DNA from: Chloroflexota bacterium
Lineage (GTDB): Bacteria > Chloroflexota > UBA11872 > VXOZ01
DNA: 64,000 bases
Direction: 5' to 3'
Assembly: GCA_965221905.1 (NCBI GenBank)
Contig: OZ244922.1
Location: forward strand, 1,088,001 to 1,152,000
Below the pieces are notes generated by a model. That model did no database searches. It saw only the letters and a list, made by a program, of their open reading frames with translations, and was not told the origin of the DNA. The position numbers were made by a program, and so were the translations under genes. Positions 49,583-59,370 of the stretch are shown here, one piece after another; positions within the stretch are counted from its first letter, which is position 1, and the number at the start of each line of letters is the position of its first letter.

Positions 49583-51172
49583 TTACCGTTCTCGGAGGAT
49601 TTCCATTGCCGCATTGTGGCCGGGGGCGCCGGTAACGCCGCCGCCGGGGTGGGTGCCGGCGCCGCAGAGATACAGGTTGCGGATGGGGGTGGCGTAGCGT
49701 GCCCAGCCCAGCGCGGGGCGTAGGAAGTAAAGCTGATCGAGGCTGAGCTCTCCATGAAAGATGTTGCCCCCGGTGAGCCCGTATTCTTGCTCCAGGTCCA
49801 GCGGGGAAAGGGCGTGCACGTGCTCGATTGCGCGCGGCAGATTGGGCGCATAGGCGGCGAGGGTGTCGATGATGCGCTGTACGAAGCGCTCTTTTTCCTC
49901 CGGCCAGCTACTCTCCCGCAGGTTGTAAGGGGCAAATTGCACGAAAACCCCCATAATGTGTTTTCCAGGGGGCGCAAGGGACGAATCATAGGCCGTTGGA
50001 ATCGTGATCTCCAGCAGCGGATGTGTGGAAGGCTTCCCATACTTGGCATCGTCCCAAGCGCGTTCCAAGTAGTCCATGGTGGGGCAAATGTGGGTTGTGC
50101 CCCTATGCTGCGGGCCGAGGGTAGTGCCGGGAAAGGCAGTATAGTCCGGCAACTCGCCCAAAGCCAGATTGAGCTTGAACGACGACCCTTCGCACTGATA
50201 CGACTCGATCTGCGCCACGAACTCATCCGGTAGGTCACTCCGCTCCACGAGGTGGAGAAACGTGCGTTTGGGGTCAGCATTGGAAATAACGACCTTTGCC
50301 TGGTACTCCGTACCGTCTGCGAGCACTACACCCGTGGCAGCATCATTGCGTGTGAGCACTTTGGCCACCGCCGCGTCTGTTTCAATTACGGCGCCGTGGG
50401 CTTGGGCCGAGGCCGCGAGCGCCTGGGTGATTGCGCCCATGCCGCCCTCGACAAATCCCCATAGGCCTCGTACGCCGCCAACACCGCCCATCACGTGGTG
50501 TAGCAGCACGTAAGCGGTGCCGGGTGTGCGCGGGCCGCCGTTCGTGCCGATCACGCCGTCGGTAGCCAGCGCTACTCTTAGGGCTTCCGATTCGAACCAC
50601 TCGTCCAGGATGGATTGCACGCTGCGCGTCATGAGTTTGGCAACGTCAGCCATCTGGGTGTGGGATAGGCCCAGCAGTGTGCGCCCTGCGCGCAGCGGCT
50701 CCAGCCAATCGCTCAAGCGTTGGGGCGGAAACTGGGGCGGCGGCTGTAAGAAAAGCGGTTCGATGAGACGCGCGACGCGCTCGACAAACGCTTCGTAGGC
50801 GGGATAGCGTACCGCGTCTTGCGTGGAGAACTTGGCTATCTCCTGACACGTGCGCGCCATATCTTGGTACATGAAGAGATGGCGGCCATCGGGATACGGC
50901 GCGAAATAGGCGGGGTTCTTGGGGAAGACCTTATAGCCGTAACGGGGAAGTTCCAGCTCGCGCACCACCTTGGCTTGGAGCAAGCTTACAAGATAGGAAG
51001 CGGTGGATACGCGGTAGCCGGGGAATACTTCCTCCGTGACACAGGCTCCGCCCACAATGGGCCGGCGCTCCAAGACCAGCACCTTCCAGCCGGCGCGCGC
51101 GAGATACCCGGCGGTGACGAGTCCATTGTGGCCCGCACCGATAATGATGGCGTCGTATGTAGAACTCGTCAT
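49583..51172 (-). CDS. Phytoene dehydrogenase-like FAD-dependent oxidoreductase (PYROXD2-type)
   Basis: GAGHNGL, GGACVTEE, GT.YVLLHH.MG, GGNIFHG and GAGTHPGGGVTGAPGHNAA motifs. Confidence 0.88.
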   Translation of the reverse strand: MTSSTYDAIIIGAGHNGLVTAGYLARAGWKVLVLERRPIVGGACVTEEVFPGYRVSTASYLVSLLQAKVVRELELPRYGYKVFPKNPAYFAPYPDGRHLFMYQDMARTCQEIAKFSTQDAVRYPAYEAFVERVARLIEPLFLQPPPQFPPQRLSDWLEPLRAGRTLLGLSHTQMADVAKLMTRSVQSILDEWFESEALRVALATDGVIGTNGGPRTPGTAYVLLHHVMGGVGGVRGLWGFVEGGMGAITQALAASAQAHGAVIETDAAVAKVLTRNDAATGVVLADGTEYQAKVVISNADPKRTFLHLVERSDLPDEFVAQIESYQCEGSSFKLNLALGELPDYTAFPGTTLGPQHRGTTHICPTMDYLERAWDDAKYGKPSTHPLLEITIPTAYDSSLAPPGKHIMGVFVQFAPYNLRESSWPEEKERFVQRIIDTLAAYAPNLPRAIEHVHALSPLDLEQEYGLTGGNIFHGELSLDQLYFLRPALGWARYATPIRNLYLCGAGTHPGGGVTGAPGHNAAMEILRER

Positions 51173-51960
51173 CCGTCAATCGCAAAGACGCGCATGGCGT
51201 TTGTGCTCAGGATGGCCTCCTGTTGCGCGGCGGTGAGTTTGCGGCAGTGGCGTTGGATGAGTTGCGGGCCGAACTCGATGGGCATGTGGGGCGCGTTGGT
51301 GGCGTTGAGCACACGCTCGGCACCGACGGCGTCCACCAGGTTCTGTACGATGATTGGGCGCAGCACCCCCGCAAGGTCAACCACCGTGTTCTCGGCCCTT
51401 TGCATGAAAGGAATCACTTCGTGCAGGAATCCAGGCACGCCGGCGTGGGCGATGATGAAGGTGATCTGAGGGAAGTCGAGGGCGAGGTTGGCGACGAGCG
51501 CCGGTGTACAGGTGTGACCGTGCTCCTCGCCGGTATGGATCATGACCGGCACCCGGAGCGTCGTGATGGCTTCCAAGACCGGCCCCATCAAGGCGCGGTC
51601 GGCGAGATTGTAATGTGCGTCGATTGTGTTAAATTTAACTGCGTGAAAGCCGCGTTCCCGCAGCCAGTAGCGCATCTCGTCGATGGCGATCGTGCCGCGC
51701 GGCGGTTTGACCCGCGCAAAGCCATAGATGCGGTCCGGGTAGTCGGCGATTGCCTGCGCGATGCGCTCGTGGTCGGCCGCGAAATCGTCGGCAGTGCCGA
51801 CACCGGGAGGCGCGCAGAGCACGCGATCCACGCCGCCCCGGTCCATGTAGGCAATCATATCTTTGCCCTGCATGGTGGCAGGCATGTCCTGGGCTTCCCA
51901 GATGGGATTCCGCCCCAAGTAACAGTGCGCGTCGATAATCACAAATAGCTCTCCAGCCAC
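51169..51960 (-). CDS. Amidohydrolase family 2 protein
   Basis: IIDAHC, VPVMIHTG, IIAH.G and G.ERVL motifs. Confidence 0.8.
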   Translation of the reverse strand: MAGELFVIIDAHCYLGRNPIWEAQDMPATMQGKDMIAYMDRGGVDRVLCAPPGVGTADDFAADHERIAQAIADYPDRIYGFARVKPPRGTIAIDEMRYWLRERGFHAVKFNTIDAHYNLADRALMGPVLEAITTLRVPVMIHTGEEHGHTCTPALVANLALDFPQITFIIAHAGVPGFLHEVIPFMQRAENTVVDLAGVLRPIIVQNLVDAVGAERVLNATNAPHMPIEFGPQLIQRHCRKLTAAQQEAILSTNAMRVFAIDG

Positions 51961-51986
51961 GCGTGCCCGGCGTTGCCGATGCGCAT

Positions 51987-54617
51987 TTAGCGCCCGTGGC
52001 AGCGCTTATACTTTATGCCGCTGCCGCACCAACAGGGCGCGTTGCGACCGAGCTTGCGCCCGCCTTCCTTCTGGCGCGAGCGCGCCTGCGGCTGGGTGGC
52101 GCCTTTCTCGCCGCGGTTTGTGACCATTGCCTGGGCCGGCTGCGGTTGGGTCTCCGGCGCGGCTTGGACGCGGTAGATGATCTGGGCGGCCTGGCGCTGG
52201 ATGAGCTCCGTGAGTTCCTGGAACATGCGGTAGGCTTCTGACTTGTACTCTGAGAGCGGATTGCGCTGGCCGACGGCGCGCAAGCCGATGCCTGTCCGCA
52301 GGTCTTCCATGGCAGTGAGGTGCTCGGTCCAAAGCGCGTCAATGGTGCGCAGCAGCACCCAACGCTCCACACTGTGCATGATTTCCGGCGTCATTGCATC
52401 CGCGCGCTCGGCGTAGATCTCGTCCGCCCACGCAGTGAAACGATCGGTAATCCCTTCAGGGGAGAGCCCCGCCAACTCTTCAGCCGGTGGTGATGAAGGC
52501 TGATTTATTAACTGGCGGCAGGCCTCTACCAACGCTTCAACGTCCCAATCCTCTTGGGGCGCGGCCGTGTGCGCAGTTACAATCTGCGCGAGCTCACCGT
52601 GGACCATGTGCTGGATCTGTCCCGTAATCTGCTCCAGCTCCAACACTTTGCGCCGTTCGCCGTAAATGGTGTTGCGCTGCGTGTTTAGCACGTCGTCGTA
52701 ATCGACGGTGTGTTTGCGCAGGTCGAAGTTGTACGCTTCGATTTTGGTCTGGGCCTGTTCCAGCGCTTTGCTGATGAGGTTGTGCTCTATCGGCGCGTCG
52801 TCATCCATGCCGAGACGGTCCATAATGCCGGCAATGCGGTCGCTCCCGGCGCGCTTGAGAAGCTCATCTTCGAGTGACACGTAGAAGCGCGAGTAGCCAA
52901 GATCGCCCTGGCGGCCGGAACGACCGCGAAGCTGGTTGTCGATGCGGCGGGATTCGTGGCGCTCTGTGCCGACCACGTGCAGCCCGCCGGCGGCGCGGAC
53001 GGCTGCCGCTCCTGCCGCTTCGGGCGGATTGCCGCCCAGCACGATGTCTGTGCCGCGACCGGCCATGTTCGTGGCGATCGTAACGGCGCCTGGTCCGCCG
53101 GCTTGGGAGATGATCTGCGCTTCTTGTTCGTGGTACTTCGCGTTGAGTACTTGGTGCGGGATGCCGCGCCGCTTAAGCAGCATGCTCAGCGCTTCGGAGG
53201 TTTCAATGGAAGTTGTACCCGCCAGCACCGGTGCGCCTTGCCGATGCCATTCCTCGATAGTTTCTGCAACCGCATTGAACTTTCCGCGCTCCGTGCGGTA
53301 GACAAGATCGGGCTCGTCTTGACGCACCATCGGCACGTTGGTGGGAACCTCCACCACATCCAGCCCGTAGATCTTGCGGAATTCGTCTGCTTCCGTGGCC
53401 GCTGTACCAGTCATGCCCGCCAACTTGCCGTACATGCGGAAGTAGTTCTGGAACGTAATGGTTGCCAGCGTCTTACTCTCACGCTGGATCTTTACACCTT
53501 CCTTGGCCTCGATTGCCTGGTGCAAGCCTTCGCTGTAGCGCCGTCCGGTCATGAGGCGGCCGGTGAATTCGTCGACGATCACGACCTCGGCGTTGGGATC
53601 GTGGTGATCGATGACGCGGCCTTCTTTCATGAGCACGTAGTCGCGTCCGCGTTGGTAGAGCGCCTGCGCGCGCAGGGCTTGCTCCATGTAGTGAACGAGC
53701 TCGAAGGCGCCTTCCTCGTAGAGGTTGCCGACTCCCAGCCATTTCTCCATCTTCCCTATGCCTTCTTCGGAGATACTCACCGCGCGCAGCTTGTGGTCGA
53801 TGGTGTAGTCCTGCTCTTCGCGGAGCCGGGGCACGAGGCGCGTGAAATTGCCGAACGTCTCGCCGGGAGCATCGGCTTGGCCGGAGATTATGAGCGGTGT
53901 GCGCGCTTCATCGACGAGAATGTTGTCCACCTCGTCGATGATGGCGTACTGGTGTTCGCCCTGGACCATATCGTTGCGGTCAACGACCATGTTGTCCCGG
54001 AGATAATCAAAGCCGAATTCGTTATTGGTGCCGTACGTTATATCCGCGCCATAGGCCTCCTTACGCTGTACCGACCGCAACTCCTCGCCGCTGCCGTGGT
54101 GCGAATCGCGGTCTTCTTCTTTGGGCGAAAAAAGGTACGCCGTGTCATTGTTCAAGCAGGCCACGGAAAGCCCGAGCGAGTGGTACACCGGCCCCAGCCA
54201 CTCGGTGTCGCGGCGAGAGAGGTAGTCGTTTACGGTAACAACGTGAACGCCTTTTCCATCGAGCGCGTTGAGGTAGGCGCTAAGCGCGGCGACGTAGGTC
54301 TTGCCTTCGCCGGTCTTCATCTCGGCTATCTGGCCGGTGTGGAGTACTATGCCGCCGTGCATCTGCACGTCGAAGAGACGGTGACCGATGCTGCGCTTGA
54401 TGGCTTCACGGATAGTAGCGAACGCTTCCGGCAGCAGAGCATCGAGCGTTTCTCCGGCCTGCAGGCGGCGGCGGTATGCGGCAGTCTTGTCTGCGAGCTC
54501 TGCGGCGGAGAGTGCTTCAAATGCAATCTCCAACTCCGCAATCTGTTCCACATCCGGCCGCCGGCGGGAGATTTCGCGTTCCGAATGATCGAAGAAGCGT
54601 TGGAGTACGCCAAACAT
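51987..54617 (-). CDS. secA: Preprotein translocase ATPase SecA
   Basis: MKTGEGKT, DEVD, GMTGTA, TNMAGRGTDI and QLRGRSGRQG motifs, plus SEC-C GRNAPCWCGSG.KYK.CHG. Confidence 0.99.
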   Translation of the reverse strand: MFGVLQRFFDHSEREISRRRPDVEQIAELEIAFEALSAAELADKTAAYRRRLQAGETLDALLPEAFATIREAIKRSIGHRLFDVQMHGGIVLHTGQIAEMKTGEGKTYVAALSAYLNALDGKGVHVVTVNDYLSRRDTEWLGPVYHSLGLSVACLNNDTAYLFSPKEEDRDSHHGSGEELRSVQRKEAYGADITYGTNNEFGFDYLRDNMVVDRNDMVQGEHQYAIIDEVDNILVDEARTPLIISGQADAPGETFGNFTRLVPRLREEQDYTIDHKLRAVSISEEGIGKMEKWLGVGNLYEEGAFELVHYMEQALRAQALYQRGRDYVLMKEGRVIDHHDPNAEVVIVDEFTGRLMTGRRYSEGLHQAIEAKEGVKIQRESKTLATITFQNYFRMYGKLAGMTGTAATEADEFRKIYGLDVVEVPTNVPMVRQDEPDLVYRTERGKFNAVAETIEEWHRQGAPVLAGTTSIETSEALSMLLKRRGIPHQVLNAKYHEQEAQIISQAGGPGAVTIATNMAGRGTDIVLGGNPPEAAGAAAVRAAGGLHVVGTERHESRRIDNQLRGRSGRQGDLGYSRFYVSLEDELLKRAGSDRIAGIMDRLGMDDDAPIEHNLISKALEQAQTKIEAYNFDLRKHTVDYDDVLNTQRNTIYGERRKVLELEQITGQIQHMVHGELAQIVTAHTAAPQEDWDVEALVEACRQLINQPSSPPAEELAGLSPEGITDRFTAWADEIYAERADAMTPEIMHSVERWVLLRTIDALWTEHLTAMEDLRTGIGLRAVGQRNPLSEYKSEAYRMFQELTELIQRQAAQIIYRVQAAPETQPQPAQAMVTNRGEKGATQPQARSRQKEGGRKLGRNAPCWCGSGIKYKRCHGR

Positions 54618-54679
54618 AGGTAATCTTTAGTCTGCGTGAAGTCAGGAATGGTGCGGTTTCAGTTACTCTTCCTGCCTTC

Positions 54680-54709
54680 AGTCTACGTGGCGTAAATGGG
54701 GGAAGTCAA
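54680..54709 (-). promoter_or_regulatory. Putative secA promoter
   Basis: Minus strand TTGACT-18-TAGACT. Confidence 0.45.
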
Positions 54710-54849
54710 TGAAGTGGACGGCGGTGGGCTTGTCCTCAAGCCGCTGGACGCAATTGGATGAATGGCGCTCAAGACCAAGATGGGCACGTTACCGCAAGCT
54801 TGTTGCTTAGCCAATCAGAGGGGAGTGCGCTGTGGACTGCAGAGGCGAC

Positions 54850-54878
54850 TTTACCACTGCATTCGAACGTGATATACT
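54850..54878 (+). promoter_or_regulatory. sigma70 promoter for the rpsO leader
   Basis: TTTACC-17-TATACT with extended TGn -10. Confidence 0.6.
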
Positions 54879-54882
54879 GTCT

Positions 54883-55125
54883 ACGTTTGGCTGCAGGTTC
54901 GTCATTGTTCATGCAGCACCCTTGCAACATTCCCCTCGGATTGCCTCAGCGTTTCGCAGTCTTAATCTACTCTATCGTCCTTGTTAAGTCATGTCCGGCG
55001 AACCTGCCGCTGAACGTCTGAGCAATCTAGCTGCATGATTTCGCGCCCTTTCCGGTTGGTTTTTCATTTCGAATCTTCCTCCTCTATAGTTGCGCCCAAA
55101 GAGCGAACGTGCGACTATAGGAAGG
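54883..55125 (+). ncRNA. Candidate structured 5' leader / sRNA upstream of rpsO
   Basis: 21-position helix 54883-54903/54997-55017 (1 mismatch, 3 G-U), a competing helix set, and a hairpin at about 55085-55120. Confidence 0.5.
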
Positions 55126-55172
55126 CAGATATTTGCCAGTGGGGTGTACATTCAATACGAGGTAAGAACGGC

Positions 55173-55439
55173 GTGCTGACGACAGAACAGAAGCAGAGCA
55201 TCATTTCCAAGTTTGGGGAGAGTGCGAACGACTCCGGGTCATCAGCGGTGCAGATAGCGCTGCTGACAAGTCGGATCCAGCAAATCTCGGCCCATATGGG
55301 CGAAAACAAGCACGATAAACACTCTGAAATGGGCTTACTCAAGCTCGTGGGGAAAAGGCGGCGGCTCTTGCGCTATCTCCACCGCCGCGAGCCGGAGCGT
55401 TACCGCGCGGTAATCGAAGAACTTGGATTGCGCGGCTAG
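55173..55439 (+). CDS. rpsO: 30S ribosomal protein S15
   Basis: GTG start after GAGGT, then DSGSS.VQIALLT.RI, H...NKHD.HS..GL.KLVGKRRRLL.YL and LGLR. Confidence 0.96.
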   Translation: MLTTEQKQSIISKFGESANDSGSSAVQIALLTSRIQQISAHMGENKHDKHSEMGLLKLVGKRRRLLRYLHRREPERYRAVIEELGLRG

Positions 55440-55452
55440 ACGGCACCATTTG

Positions 55453-55502
55453 AAAAAATAAAGCGCTGCGACCACATTGACGGTCGTGGCGCTTTTGTTT
55501 TT
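55453..55502. terminator. Intrinsic terminator after rpsO (likely bidirectional)
   Basis: aaagcgctgcgacc/ggtcgtggcgcttt stem with T-tracts on both strands. Confidence 0.8.
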
Positions 55503-55603
55503 CTCCTAAACCTGGTCCGGGTTGCGCGGCCGGAGCCGACGTGCACACGCTACGGCAGTTCTCAACCGACCGTCGTCGGTATTCAATCGGCCCTGGTCGA
55601 CAC

Positions 55604-56977
55604 TCAGCCGCCGTTCGTTACGGTACTCCACTCTACACGCAGCTCATAGAACTTATCCGCCATTCCTCCAAGCGCCTCGCGCGGCGAAATCTGGCGCAGA
55701 AGCACGCGTTGAATTTCACGCTGGGAAAAGTGTTCCCATTCTTGGAACCAGGGCACTTCACGACCCTCGTGCGTACGGGCCACCTGTCGCTGCTGAAGGT
55801 AGGCGCTCAGGTCTCCCAAGCCCCGCTCTGTTGCCAGGGCCTTCACCTGAGGTTCAGCGTAGAGCGAATCGTATGCGCTCCCCAGCGAGCGATTCACGAA
55901 CCAAAAGAGTGGTGTAAAGTAGCGACTCTCGCGATCTAGGCCGCCCAAATACTGCAAGAGTTCCCAGGCGGCCCCCTTGTTTCGGCTCGCTCTTGGAATC
56001 GCATACAGCCGCGTCCACATTACTGAGCCGCTCTGGGTGGGGACGTTCCCGGGAAAGAGTGCAAGCCGACGGGATCCCGGTTCTTTTTCCCCTTCCTCTT
56101 CCCCCTCTCTCTGGTTGAAGAGGAAGTTGTGCCCGGGCTGGATGCAAAACGCGGTTGGGTTTTGCAATGCCGCTTCATAGCTGCTGCCGAGGATATCGGC
56201 GTGGATGATTTCAGTGCTATAGATGCCGTCCAAGAGCCAGTCGAGCGTCTGTTCCGCGGCGGATCCAGGGAGGTGGAAGACGGGATTTAGTACGTCGTCG
56301 AAGAAATTCCCGCCGCGTGCATAGACCATTGACCACCAGTCAATATTGGTGCTGCTGTGAAAGCGGTAGGTGAGCCGTATTGGGTAGTCGACCAGGCCGA
56401 GCCGTTTGATCTCTCGCGCTTGCTGGGTTACTTCCTCCCAGGTGGCGGGCGGCAGCCCGATGCCGGCATTCCGGAGAATTACTTCGTCGTAAACCCACAG
56501 CGCGCACTCCGTATAGTACGGCAGGCCGTAGCTCACCCCTTTGTACTGGATTCCCTCAGCCGCTTGCGGGATCATGGATTCACGATACTGTTCGAAACCA
56601 GCGTAGTCGTCGAGCGGTTCGAGCCACTCGGCTTCTGCCCATGCCGCGAGATCGGTCTCACGCACGTATACAGTGTCAATGGGCTGGCCCTCATTGAGGC
56701 GGCGACTGACAGTCTGGAAGTAATCGGGGCTAACGACCTCGGGCTCCACACGCAATCCGGGGTACTGCGTGGAAAACCGATCGAGATTCCAACGGAGAAG
56801 CTCCGGCTCGTAGCCCCAATAGACCAAGCGCAGGGCAAGCGGATCCTGCTCATTGCCGAATGTCTCGCTACGGTTGCAGGCTGCAGCTAGCAGGGCAGTG
56901 GAGATAAGGAAGTTGCGGCGGGATAGGGAAATGCCCGAAGATTGAGGTGCTTGTGGTCTGCTCACTATTGACTCCAC
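55604..56977 (-). CDS. Tat-lipoprotein sugar-type SBP family 1
   Basis: SRRNFL...LLAAAC, YGLPYY, PPATWEE and NKGAAWELLQYL motifs. Confidence 0.88.
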   Translation of the reverse strand: MESIVSRPQAPQSSGISLSRRNFLISTALLAAACNRSETFGNEQDPLALRLVYWGYEPELLRWNLDRFSTQYPGLRVEPEVVSPDYFQTVSRRLNEGQPIDTVYVRETDLAAWAEAEWLEPLDDYAGFEQYRESMIPQAAEGIQYKGVSYGLPYYTECALWVYDEVILRNAGIGLPPATWEEVTQQAREIKRLGLVDYPIRLTYRFHSSTNIDWWSMVYARGGNFFDDVLNPVFHLPGSAAEQTLDWLLDGIYSTEIIHADILGSSYEAALQNPTAFCIQPGHNFLFNQREGEEEGEKEPGSRRLALFPGNVPTQSGSVMWTRLYAIPRASRNKGAAWELLQYLGGLDRESRYFTPLFWFVNRSLGSAYDSLYAEPQVKALATERGLGDLSAYLQQRQVARTHEGREVPWFQEWEHFSQREIQRVLLRQISPREALGGMADKFYELRVEWSTVTNGG

Positions 56978-57169
56978 GCCATGGGGTTACCTTGAAACGG
57001 TACCATTGGCGAGGCGCTCTTGTCAACGACAGCGTGAGAGGCGCTAGCTGAATCGATTGCCGTGCGCGAGACGATTAACAGGCGGCGCAGCGAGGTCAGA
57101 ACACGCAATGTACCCCTAGACCGGGTCAGGGCAGGAGCGCGAAATCTCGGACGAAAGCGAGTGATTTCC

Positions 57170-57448
57170 ATGTCGGAAAGAATCATGACATTGCATCCAG
57201 CGGGTAAGACCGGCGTGAACATCGATAGGCAGAAGTACGATGTTGTGCGGGAGGCGATTCTGGAGGCAGTGCGAACTAATGGCGCGATTACGTTTGGTGA
57301 TTTAGCAGCCGAAGTGCGCAGCAAGCTGGAAGCTACATTTGCCGAATCGATCTCCTGGTATGTGACCACAGTTAAGCTAGACTTGGAGGCGCGCGGCGAG
57401 ATTGTGCGCCTGCAGAAGAGCGGCCCCCAGCGGCTAACGTTACCTTGA
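57170..57448 (+). CDS. Small conserved winged-helix-like hypothetical protein (DUF6958-like)
   Basis: HP.GK.GVNI...KY and SISWYVTTVKLDLEARG.I pattern. Confidence 0.7.
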   Translation: MSERIMTLHPAGKTGVNIDRQKYDVVREAILEAVRTNGAITFGDLAAEVRSKLEATFAESISWYVTTVKLDLEARGEIVRLQKSGPQRLTLP

Positions 57449-57581
57449 AGCCCCGTGTTGGGAACCGCTCCAAGCTTTAGCCTGATCGAAGGGAGATGTG
57501 TGATCTTTCACCGTGATTCTCATTTGAGGGCGTGGAGCTAGTTGGTTCGCAGTTGGTATCTTGCGCTTCACGTGTCGCCAA

Positions 57582-57625
57582 AAAGAGAACGGTCTCGGAT
57601 CCATGGATCCGAGACCGTTCTCTTT
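57582..57625. terminator. Perfect 44-bp palindrome, terminator between convergent genes
   Basis: aaagagaacggtctcggatcca|tggatccgagaccgttctcttt, followed by a T-run on the minus strand. Confidence 0.8.
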
Positions 57626-57689
57626 GTCGTCCTGCCCCTCAAACCAGTGTGTCATCCGGTAGGTGCAGGGACTTCATGCCGTAACCGGT

Positions 57690-59135
57690 CTACGGCCAGG
57701 AACCGAGCTTCTCGCGGATGACCTTGAGACCGTCGTCCACGATTGCCTGCATGGTCGGCTGGATTTCCTTGAGGAATGTCGCCGAGTCCTGGTTGCCGGT
57801 CCAGAGCTGCTTATCGCCAAGGTCGTTGAGCAGCGTCGTAACCTGGCCGCCCGTGGGCAACGAGCCGACGTTCCACTGCGGAACGGCCGTGGCGAGAGCA
57901 TCCTGCGCCACCGAGATGCGCGGGTTGCTATAGCCTTGGAACGCTTCGTCGATGAACGGCTCAATCTCGGGGATCCACGCCGGAATACGGCGCACGAACT
58001 TGCCCAAGCGCCCTTTGTCGAGGAGGAAGACCATGTAGTCGAAGGCCGCTTCACGTTTCTCACTGCCGTAAACCAAGCCGAGCTTGTGCTGGTTGGCGTC
58101 CGGCGTGGACCTTTCCACGCGCGGCATGGGCGCCATCACGAAGTCTACGCCCTGGTCGAGCGCCTTGTCGGCATACGTGAGGGGCAGGCTGCGCGGAGCG
58201 GAAATCATCAAGGGCACCTGACCGCTCAAGAAGGGATTCTGGCCGCCGAAATAGGTGTTGTTGCGATCGGCCTGTGGCGGAATTACCTTATGCTTGTGCA
58301 CCAGGTCGAAGAAACTCGTGTAGCAGTCGATCATTTCTTCCGAATCGCAGGTTGCCGTTGTCAGGTCCTGCGATACCCAGCTACAATTGTCGCCCCAGAG
58401 CAGTTGCCAGGAGCACCAGTCGTGGGCGTGGTTGCCCATCGCCCACTGGCTCACCTTGTCGCCCTCGAATTCGCGCAGCTTGACCATCACATCCAGCCAC
58501 TCGTCCCACGTCCACGAGTTTGCCACGTCAGCCGAAGGATAGTCGAGACCCGCTGCCTCAAAGAAGTTGGGGTTGATCATGACGACGTGGGCGTTGCCGC
58601 CGTGGCCCATGGGCAGCAAGTACACTTGCCCCTGGAACATGGCGTCGCGCTCCAGGAGGTTCGGGTTGTAGACACTCAGGTCGAGACCCCGTGCCTTAAC
58701 CAGATCGTCCATGTTCTGGGCGAGGTCCTGCATCACCTGCGCGAACGCGCGGCGCGGGAACTCGGAAAGATCCGGCGGGATGCCGCCGGCCTGCATGGTC
58801 TTGATCTTGGCGACGCGGTCGGCCGTACCGCCGACCTGAGAGACCAACTCGATGGTCGTCCCTTCATTCTCGGCAATGTACGGTTCGGCCATGTTCTGCA
58901 TGAACTCTTGTTCGAGTTCCGTGGGCACCTTCAGGAAGGCGACGATGTTTACACTCTCGGCTTCTTGGGCCGGTGCCGCTTCCTTCTGCTCCGGCACAGC
59001 AGGCTTGGCTTCCTCCATTGAGTCGGAGCCCGACGGCGCTGCGCCTCCGCAGGCCGCAAATACGACAGACGTTGCCCCCAGCATGGCTGATCCAGCCAGT
59101 AGGCGACGTCGGGATAGGGACTTGCTATCGAGCAT
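57690..59135 (-). CDS. Tat-lipoprotein SBP family 1
   Basis: SRRRLL...VFAAC, AGG.PPD, WTWDEW and EAAFDY motifs. Confidence 0.88.
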   Translation of the reverse strand: MLDSKSLSRRRLLAGSAMLGATSVVFAACGGAAPSGSDSMEEAKPAVPEQKEAAPAQEAESVNIVAFLKVPTELEQEFMQNMAEPYIAENEGTTIELVSQVGGTADRVAKIKTMQAGGIPPDLSEFPRRAFAQVMQDLAQNMDDLVKARGLDLSVYNPNLLERDAMFQGQVYLLPMGHGGNAHVVMINPNFFEAAGLDYPSADVANSWTWDEWLDVMVKLREFEGDKVSQWAMGNHAHDWCSWQLLWGDNCSWVSQDLTTATCDSEEMIDCYTSFFDLVHKHKVIPPQADRNNTYFGGQNPFLSGQVPLMISAPRSLPLTYADKALDQGVDFVMAPMPRVERSTPDANQHKLGLVYGSEKREAAFDYMVFLLDKGRLGKFVRRIPAWIPEIEPFIDEAFQGYSNPRISVAQDALATAVPQWNVGSLPTGGQVTTLLNDLGDKQLWTGNQDSATFLKEIQPTMQAIVDDGLKVIREKLGSWP

Positions 59136-59213
59136 TGCGCTACCTCCTTAACCATTGACAATACAAACTTCTGGCAGCAATTCTGCGCCAGTGCCACCCC
59201 TGATAGCATAGCA

Positions 59214-59242
59214 ATTTTAAAGCGGTCTCCTGCGTCTGTCAA
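59214..59242 (-). promoter_or_regulatory. Near-consensus sigma70 promoter
   Basis: Minus strand TTGACA-17-TAAAAT. Confidence 0.7.
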
Positions 59243-59341
59243 ATGTAAGGGGCTCAAGGCAAAACCGAGGACGAATTCGGCGGCGCTCGGTGCATGACTT
59301 CGCAACGAGCATTGGCTGCATGACTCTTGGGGTTTATATGG

Positions 59342-59370
59342 TTGACAAATGCTCCGATACGTGCTTAACT
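59342..59370 (+). promoter_or_regulatory. sigma70 promoter, divergent
   Basis: TTGACA-17-TTAACT. Confidence 0.6.

Noticed and set aside
49583-51172. Carotenoid biosynthesis (crtI) assignment
   Set aside because: No crtB/crtE neighbours, and the motifs fit the broader PYROXD2-like oxidoreductase group.
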